Shown: positions 53,939 through 60,147 of the stretch, piece after piece
How the letters are laid out: the number at the start of each line of letters is the position of its first letter
Position numbering within the stretch: the stretch's first letter is position 1
Assembly: GCA_012837615.1 (NCBI GenBank)
Contig: DUQX01000027.1
Coordinates: 1 to 60,147, forward strand
DNA: 60,147 nt
Reading direction: 5' to 3'
DNA from: Bacillota bacterium
GTDB taxonomy: Bacteria > Bacillota > Dethiobacteria > DTU022 > UBA8154
Made by a program: the position numbers and the translations under genes
The notes under the pieces: model-generated
The model's input: the letters and a program-made list of their open reading frames with translations, nothing else
Databases searched by the model: none
What the model was told of the DNA's origin: nothing

Positions 53939-54340
53939 ATGCGCGCTTTGGGCCGTCACGTTCTAGCTGAATTTTATGGGTGTTCTCCTGAGATACTAAA
54001 CGACATAGTAAAAATCGAAAAATTGATGGTAGACGCAGCACTGGAGGCAGGAGCTGAAGTAAAGGAAGTTATTTTTCACCAGTTTAGTCCTCAAGGAGTA
54101 AGTGGCGTTGTAGTAATATCCGAATCACATCTTGCTATTCACACATGGCCGGAATTTGGGTATGCCGCGATTGATGTATTTACTTGCGGATCTACTGTTG
54201 ATCCCTGGGTGTCGTGCCATTATTTAAAGAAGTATTTAATTTCCGAGCGTATGGCGGCCAAAGAAATCAAACGTGGCATTTTCGAGTTGAATGAGTTAGA
54301 TATGAACACAAGCCAGACTCAACAAAAATCTGCGGTTTAA
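53939..54340 (+). CDS. speD: S-adenosylmethionine decarboxylase proenzyme (Bacillus/SpeH type)
   Basis: [11 protein letters not shown]...[28 protein letters not shown], with the ES self-cleavage site. Confidence 0.9.
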   Translation: MRALGRHVLAEFYGCSPEILNDIVKIEKLMVDAALEAGAEVKEVIFHQFSPQGVSGVVVISESHLAIHTWPEFGYAAIDVFTCGSTVDPWVSCHYLKKYLISERMAAKEIKRGIFELNELDMNTSQTQQKSAV

Positions 54341-54364
54341 AACAATAAAGAGGGGGCCTTTATC

Positions 54365-55288
54365 TTGTCTTCTCCCGTTTTCCCTGCATGGAAATGGTTT
54401 ATTGAATTCACACATCCTACCCAGGCACACATGCATGGTGTAAAGAGGTATGTCTATAGCGGCAAAACCCAATTCCAGGATATCGAGATTATTGACACTT
54501 ACTTTTTTGGGCGATGCCTTGTTTTAGATGGGAAAATTCAATCGGCACAATTTGATGAATATATCTACCATGAGGCGCTAATTCATCCAGCTATGATAAT
54601 TCATCCCCACCCGAGGGAAATACTGGTTATAGGCGGGGGAGAGGGAGCGGTCCTCAGAGAAATAATCAAGCATCCTCAGGTCGAAAAGCTCGTAATGGTT
54701 GACATTGATCAAGAGGTAGTGGAATTATGCCAGCGCTATTTGCCTGAATGGAGTAACGGAGCTTTCGAAGACCCTAAAGTCGACGTCCATTTTATGGACG
54801 CGAGGGAATACCTTGAAAATACAGATTATCGATGGGATATTATTTTTATCGATATTACGGAACCGCTGGATGATAATCCTTCTTATCGACTTTTTACCAA
54901 AGAATTTTATCAGCTGGTTGTACAAAAATTGAAAAAGAATGGTGTTACGGCTCTTCAGGCAGGCAATTTAAATACCGCATTTTTTGAATGTCATGGGGCC
55001 GTTTATAATACCCTAAAGCTGGTCTTTAAAAATGTTGAATCTTATGGTGCCTTTATACCCTCCTACGATACCAATTGGGGTTTTATTATTGCTTCCAACG
55101 AGTATAGCGCTTTGGGTGTTTATCCGGCAAAAATAGATACGGAAATTGCACGCAGAAATATTAATGATTTAAGGTTTTATGACAGCCAAAGCCATACCAA
55201 TATGTTTGCACTAACCAAGGATGTCAGGGATAGGCGCTCCAAGGAAAAACGTATCATTGAAGATGATAAGCCGCTTTTTACCTACTAA
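54365..55288 (+). CDS. speE: Spermidine synthase (polyamine aminopropyltransferase)
   Basis: LDGKIQSAQFDEYIYHEAL, VIGGGEGAVLRE and VDID motifs. TTG start. It follows speD. Confidence 0.9.
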   Translation: MSSPVFPAWKWFIEFTHPTQAHMHGVKRYVYSGKTQFQDIEIIDTYFFGRCLVLDGKIQSAQFDEYIYHEALIHPAMIIHPHPREILVIGGGEGAVLREIIKHPQVEKLVMVDIDQEVVELCQRYLPEWSNGAFEDPKVDVHFMDAREYLENTDYRWDIIFIDITEPLDDNPSYRLFTKEFYQLVVQKLKKNGVTALQAGNLNTAFFECHGAVYNTLKLVFKNVESYGAFIPSYDTNWGFIIASNEYSALGVYPAKIDTEIARRNINDLRFYDSQSHTNMFALTKDVRDRRSKEKRIIEDDKPLFTY

Positions 55289-55378
55289 TTATGAATAGGA
55301 GAGCTTCTATTTATTATAGATAGGAGCTCTTTTATTAATACCATTTAATTAATTTATTAAAATATGGAGGCTTGCTGC

Positions 55379-55828
55379 ATGCAAAAAACATTCGTTATGA
55401 TAAAACCTGATGCCGTACAAAGAAATCTAATCGGAGAAATAATTGGCAGACTGGAGAAAAAAGGACTGAAGCTCGTAGCAGCTAAAATGATGATCCTCAG
55501 CAGGGAAATGGCGGAAAAACATTATGCTGAACATAAAGGAAAATCTTTTTTCGATGATCTGGTAGAATTTATTACTTCCGGACCGGTTATGGCAATGGTT
55601 TGGGAAGGGATAGAAGCCGTAAAGGTAGTTCGCAAGCTGATGGGAAACACTGACCCGCAGGAGGCAGCACCTGGCACTTTTCGCGGAGATTATGCCCTTT
55701 TTACAGGTAATAATATTGTTCACGGCTCTGATTCCCCTGAGAGTGCAAGCAGGGAAATATCCCTGTTCTTTTTGGAAAATGAGTTAATATCCTATAGAAA
55801 AGATCTGGATACCTGGGTAAACGGATAG
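55379..55828 (+). CDS. ndk: Nucleoside-diphosphate kinase
   Basis: [19 protein letters not shown] and NIVHGSDS (catalytic His) motifs. ATG 55379 follows SD ggagg. Confidence 0.9.
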   Translation: MQKTFVMIKPDAVQRNLIGEIIGRLEKKGLKLVAAKMMILSREMAEKHYAEHKGKSFFDDLVEFITSGPVMAMVWEGIEAVKVVRKLMGNTDPQEAAPGTFRGDYALFTGNNIVHGSDSPESASREISLFFLENELISYRKDLDTWVNG

Positions 55829-55903
55829 TCCATTTAGGGTATAAGGGAATAATGATTAAATAATTTTACTATTGGGATTATTGTAGCCGCGATATATACA
55901 GGG

Positions 55904-55928
55904 AATAACCCTTATTCTAAGGGTTATT
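55904..55928. other. Perfect 11-bp inverted repeat hairpin after ndk (no clear U-tract)
   Basis: aataaccctta-ttc-taagggttatt. Confidence 0.6.
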
Positions 55929-56094
55929 ATCCCCTATACTATCTTATTTTTAGTTATTTTTCCTGATAGCAATATGGGATTGTTTGTGGCATTATAGAAT
56001 TGCAATAATAACTTGAATTAAATTGTTATTACTATTAATTAAGTAGTTTTTTTGAAAAGAGGTGCCCAATACTGCCAAAACTTAATATTCTTCT

Positions 56095-56810
56095 TTGAAA
56101 GATATTCAAGAAGAAGTAAGTTGTTATCATGGAAAAAACAAAAGAGTATGCACCGATATTTAAAATCTTTACTGAGGATATTATTTGGGATATTATTATT
56201 GTACAAGCAAATCACTTTCCCTTCTTGAAAAAGGAAATATTTCTTTCTTCAAATAACTAAAGGAAAAATTAATTAAAGGCAAAAATAAAAGCCAGCTGGA
56301 AGAAGTTTTGCTCGAAAATAAATTTGATGAAAAAACCGGTGTTAATAATTAAAATAATAAACTTTGTGCTGCAGATGACACTATTGCCTTATTATTCTTC
56401 TTATGCACGCAATTCTATAACTAATATAGATTTTGATCTTTGGCAATAAGGGCTTTGCCCCGTTTGTGGACAAATTCCTTACATGGCAAAGATAAATGAA
56501 AATGGTGGAGAAAGTGTTTTGAGTTGCCGGCTTTGCCGTTTCTACTTGTTATAATAAAGACCCGATAAAGCCCGGTGTTATTACATTATTTTTATGCCGG
56601 TGGGTTTTTGTATGTGGCAATTATAAGAAACAATTAATAAGAAACATATTAAAGCCGCCGATACTCAACCGATGAAAAGGGACGTTTTATTATTTTATTT
56701 AGATCTAGAGAGTGTCATTATCATGAATTTGGATATTAAAGCTGTCAGCGAAGGTTTTAACCCGCCGGAGGAAACAATTTCTTTTTTTATTAAATTATAG
56801 ATTCTTATTT
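56095..56810 (+). pseudogene. Decayed paralogue of fdhE (multiple stops, frameshifts and deletions)
   Basis: Fragments are colinear with the intact FdhE downstream. They include KDIQEEVSCYHGKNK / KEYAPIFKIFTEDII (vs ESINREIEAHIHKNKELAQIFEVYKKVL) and QLEEVLLENKFDEKTGV (vs ELEEFIIDREMERRTGV). Also LW-stop-GLCPVCGQIPYMAKINENGGESVLSCRLC (vs IWRRGYCPICGQTAVIAKHRIEDGARVLHCWLC), FVCGNYKKQL, and LDIKAVSEGFNPPEETI. Confidence 0.7.
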
Positions 56811-56937
56811 CAATGATAATCTTAAATAAGGGGGGCATGAGAGGAAAAAAAATAATTGCGGATAAATGTGTGTGTAAGTTGGCCGGTTAAAGGCAGACAA
56901 AATTGCATTCGGATGTTATGTGCAAGGAGGTGAAGCG

Positions 56938-57837
56938 ATGGAATGCCATTACCCACCGTCTATGGAGAGCATTAACAGGGAAATTGAAGCACACATTCAT
57001 AAAAACAAAGAACTGGCTCAAATATTCGAGGTGTACAAGAAAGTACTTACTGTACAGCTCAATTATTTGGACAGTATAAATATATCCGTAGACCTTTCAG
57101 AAGATGAAATCAAAGATTACTTCAGAAACGGACAGTACTTAATGTCCAGGCAGAAGTTTGATATAAACGGTAATCTTTACAAAAAAATAATATTTTCCCT
57201 TTGTAAAGCAATTAAAGAAGCCAGCCCCGGGGCTCCGGATTCCCTGCACCAGTTAAGTGATGCTGAAGAATTTAAAGACGGTAATATTGAGAAGTTATTG
57301 GATAAGGTTAAGCTGTTCAGCAAACGGGAATTGGAGGAGTTCATCATAGATAGAGAAATGGAAAGGAGAACAGGCGTTAGCGGTGAAATAATTGCTTTTG
57401 TTATTTTTTCTGCCTTGAGTCCTTTTTACAGCTTGAATATGAAAGAAACAAGAAAAAAAGTAGATTTTTCAATCTGGCGACGTGGCTACTGTCCTATATG
57501 TGGTCAAACTGCTGTAATAGCCAAGCACAGGATTGAAGACGGGGCAAGGGTTTTGCATTGCTGGCTCTGCCATGCCGAGTGGGTATATCCTCGTTTAGAA
57601 TGTCCTTATTGTGATAACAAGGAACAAAAACAACTGCGCTTTTTCTATGTACCAGGAGACAAATCAAGGCAAGTTCATGTCTGTGAAAAATGTAAAAAAT
57701 ATCTCAAAACTATAGATATGAAAATTATGCAAAAAAACGTCTCCCTGGATGTTGAAGCTATTGCTACCGGCTATTTGGACATTGTAGCGAAAAGAGAAGG
57801 TTATAGAGCACCCGATGAGACAGTTTTGTTAAATTAA
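56938..57837 (+). CDS. fdhE: Formate dehydrogenase accessory protein FdhE
   Basis: Four CXXC pairs (CPICG, CWLCH, CPYCD, CEKCK) in FdhE spacing. ATG 56938 follows SD aaggaggtg. Confidence 0.8.
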   Translation: MECHYPPSMESINREIEAHIHKNKELAQIFEVYKKVLTVQLNYLDSINISVDLSEDEIKDYFRNGQYLMSRQKFDINGNLYKKIIFSLCKAIKEASPGAPDSLHQLSDAEEFKDGNIEKLLDKVKLFSKRELEEFIIDREMERRTGVSGEIIAFVIFSALSPFYSLNMKETRKKVDFSIWRRGYCPICGQTAVIAKHRIEDGARVLHCWLCHAEWVYPRLECPYCDNKEQKQLRFFYVPGDKSRQVHVCEKCKKYLKTIDMKIMQKNVSLDVEAIATGYLDIVAKREGYRAPDETVLLN

Positions 57838-58000
57838 ACTTAACTGGTAACATGCAATTAAATTGTAGAGGCATTAAAAGTACTTTAATTATACTGTTTC
57901 TATACTGTTTCTTTTGGTTTTCAACGTTTTTGTATAAGTATAACGAGGGGTTCAAAGTTTTTTTTATTGTTCAAATTACAGAAGCGAGGTGAGGTTTATC

Positions 58001-60147
58001 ATGAAAGTCTCTCGGAGGAATTTTTTATGGATTTCCGGTGCAGCTATTACTGCAAGCCTGGCCATTAAGCTGGGTTGTACTCCGGAACAGCCGGAAACCG
58101 GGCCAGGTTGGGTTACGGATCCGATAGATCTAAAAATCAAGTATGCTGAAACATTGAGCACTATTTGCCCCTTCTGCGGTGTGGGGTGCAGCATTCTATG
58201 TTACGTAGAAGATGGGCAATTGGTTGCCACAGAAGGCGACCCCGACAGCCCTATTAACGAAGGTTCTCTTTGCAGCAAGGGTTCTGCGTTATTTAACATG
58301 GCCTTTGTTTATGATGAAAACGGGGAATTACAGCCTAACCCACAAAGGGTAACCCAGGTTCTTTACAGAGCACCTTATGCTTCCGACTGGGAAGTAAAAG
58401 ATTGGGACTGGGCTCTGGAAACTATTGCAGATAGAATTAAACAGACCAGGGATGCCACTTTTGAAACCATCGACAGCAATGGAGTAACGGTAAATCGGTC
58501 AACAGGTCTTGCCTGGCTGGGCAGCGCCATGTGCAATAATGAGGAAAACTATCTTTTCCATAAATTCGCCAAATCTTTGGGTATTATCAATATTGATCAT
58601 TGTGCCCGCCTTTGACACTCCTCGACCGTTGCCGGTCTTGGCAACACATTTGGCAGGGGAGCGATGACCAACCACTGGATAGACTATAAAAATTCCGATG
58701 TGTTAATGAACTTTGGTGGAAATACCGCCGAAAACCATCCAATTTCTATGAAGTGGGTTCAGAAAGCGCGCGATAATGGAGGCAAATTAATTGTGGTAGA
58801 TCCGCGCTTTACCAGAACTGCGGCAGTAGCAGATGTATATGCACCCCTACGGCCGGGAACAAATATTGCCTTTTTGGGTGGTCTTATTAATTATGCCCTG
58901 GAAAATAATCTTTATCATGAAGAGTATGTGAAAAATTACACAAACGCTTCCTATCTAATCAACCCTGAATTTAGTTTTAACGATGGGCTTTTTTCAGGGG
59001 CAAGTGAAGTAGATGGTAAGGTTGTATATGATAAGTCTACCTGGTCTTATCAGACAGATGCGGATGGAAACATTCTCAAGGATTATACCTTACAAGATCC
59101 AAACTGTGCTTTCCAGCTTTTGAAAAAACATTACTCCCGTTATGATGTGGACACGGTTTGCAGTATTACAGGTACTCCGAAAGATAAATTCCTTGAAGTT
59201 GCGGAGCTTTACTGCAGCACCGGACAACCCGGTAAAGCCGGTAATATTATGTACGCTATGGGAGTTACCCAGTTTACACACGGCGCTGAAAATGTTCGCG
59301 CAATAGCCATACTGCAGCTGTTACTGGGCAATATGGGTATTCCGGGCGGAGGCGTAAATGCTCAGCGCGGCCAGGCAAACGTGCAGGGCTCTACAGATAT
59401 GGCAATTCTATATCATATAATGCCCGGTTATATTGGCCATCCCAAAGCTGCTCTGCATCCGACACTAAAGGATTACATTGAAAAAGAAACCCCGGCCAGC
59501 GGATACTGGAGCAATAAGCCAAAGTTTGTCGTTAGTATGCTTAAAGCTTTCTGGGGTGATAAGGCTACTCCGGAAAATGATTTCTGTTATGACTATTATC
59601 CGAAACTGGATAATAGGGACCGTTCCCATATTGGGATGTATAAATATATGGGCGACGGAGAAGTAAAAGGGATGATCTGCTGGGCGGATAATCCGGCCGT
59701 TAGTGGTCCCAGTGCCTCAGGTAAACGAAAATACAGCGCTCAGCTTGACTGGCAGGTTGTCGTCGACTTTTTTGAAAATGAAACCGCCACCTTCTGGAAA
59801 GAGCCGGGAGTAAACCCAGCTGATATTGCTACAGAGGTTTTTCTTCTACCGGCGGCGCTCCACATTGAGCGCGATGGTACTATCGCAAACAGCGGACGCT
59901 GGATTCAGTGGAGAAACAAAGCCTATGATCCCCCCGGAGATTGCAAATCCGATCTCTGGATTGTCGATAAGCTTTTTAAAGCGGTTCGCAAGGCTTATGA
60001 AGCCGATCCGGGGCCTTTTGCCGATCCGATCCTGGATTTGAACTGGGATTACGGCGATGAAATAGACGTGGCAAAAGTATGCAAGGAATTAAACGGCTAC
60101 TATACCGACACCGGCGAATATGTTGAAAACTTTACCAAGCTGGCCGA
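58001..60147 (+). CDS. fdhA: Formate dehydrogenase catalytic (alpha) subunit, Tat-exported, selenocysteine-containing (3' partial; UGA 58613-58615 read as Sec)
   Basis: Twin-arginine signal SRRNFLWISGAAITASLA and ICPFCGVGCSILC 4Fe-4S motif. The frame stays open past TGA 58613 to the window end: [25 protein letters not shown]. A molybdopterin-oxidoreductase domain follows. Confidence 0.88.
58613..58645 (+). other. In-frame UGA (Sec codon) plus SECIS-like hairpin
   Basis: TGA, 12 nt, then gttgcc-GGTCTT-ggcaac (58628-58645). The position and the GGUCU-type loop resemble the E. coli fdhF SECIS. Confidence 0.75.

Noticed and set aside
1-60147. Defence systems, toxin-antitoxin pairs, prophage, ICE, secondary-metabolite clusters, retrons and group II introns.
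   Set aside because: I looked for nuclease, helicase, reverse-transcriptase, integrase and small paired ORF signatures on both strands. None were found. Essentially every ORF over 100 aa is accounted for by housekeeping or sporulation families.

Overview
This is a 60-kb chromosomal core segment from an endospore-forming Bacillota (Clostridia-like anaerobe), densely coded and almost entirely on the + strand. Taxonomy is inferred from gene content only.

Gene order:
- spo0A (3' end), then a SteA-like / MctB-like / GT2 / GT4 / DUF3866 envelope module.
- spoIIM, xerD, deoB-pdp, and dacF-spoIIAA-spoIIAB-sigF.
- dodecin-spoVAC-spoVAD-spoVAE-spoVAF, a CCA-type nucleotidyltransferase, an M50 protease and trpS.
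- scpA-scpB, ytfI/ytfJ-like genes, dacB-spmA-spmB and rluB.
- Two unknown genes, then cmk-plsC-ispH::rpsA.
- spoIIP, YIEGIA, DUF3189, DUF512, der-plsY-gpsA and spoIVA.
- Divergent pheA (- strand) and an aroF-tyrA-aroC-aroB-aroE-aroK-aroQ-aroH operon, each behind its own T-box leader.
- An SLH protein, a CHRD protein, tRNA-Pro(GGG), speD-speE and ndk.
- A decayed fdhE copy, an intact fdhE, and a Tat-exported selenocysteine formate dehydrogenase that runs off the window.

I found no defence island, prophage, CRISPR array or toxin-antitoxin pair.

The least-explained signals are:
- A MITE-like family of roughly 170-200 bp with TGTAACT...AGTTACA ends. It has 3 full and 2 partial copies, one with a perfect 6-bp target duplication and one supplying the pheA stop codon.
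- The uncharacterised SteA-GT-DUF3866 module.
- A 21-bp phased repeat array.
- Paralogous Phe/Tyr T-boxes, plus a 39-codon ACT-like mini-ORF coupled to pheA.
- Several genes that need non-canonical starts or UGA recoding.

All product calls rest on motif recognition by eye. No database search was run.
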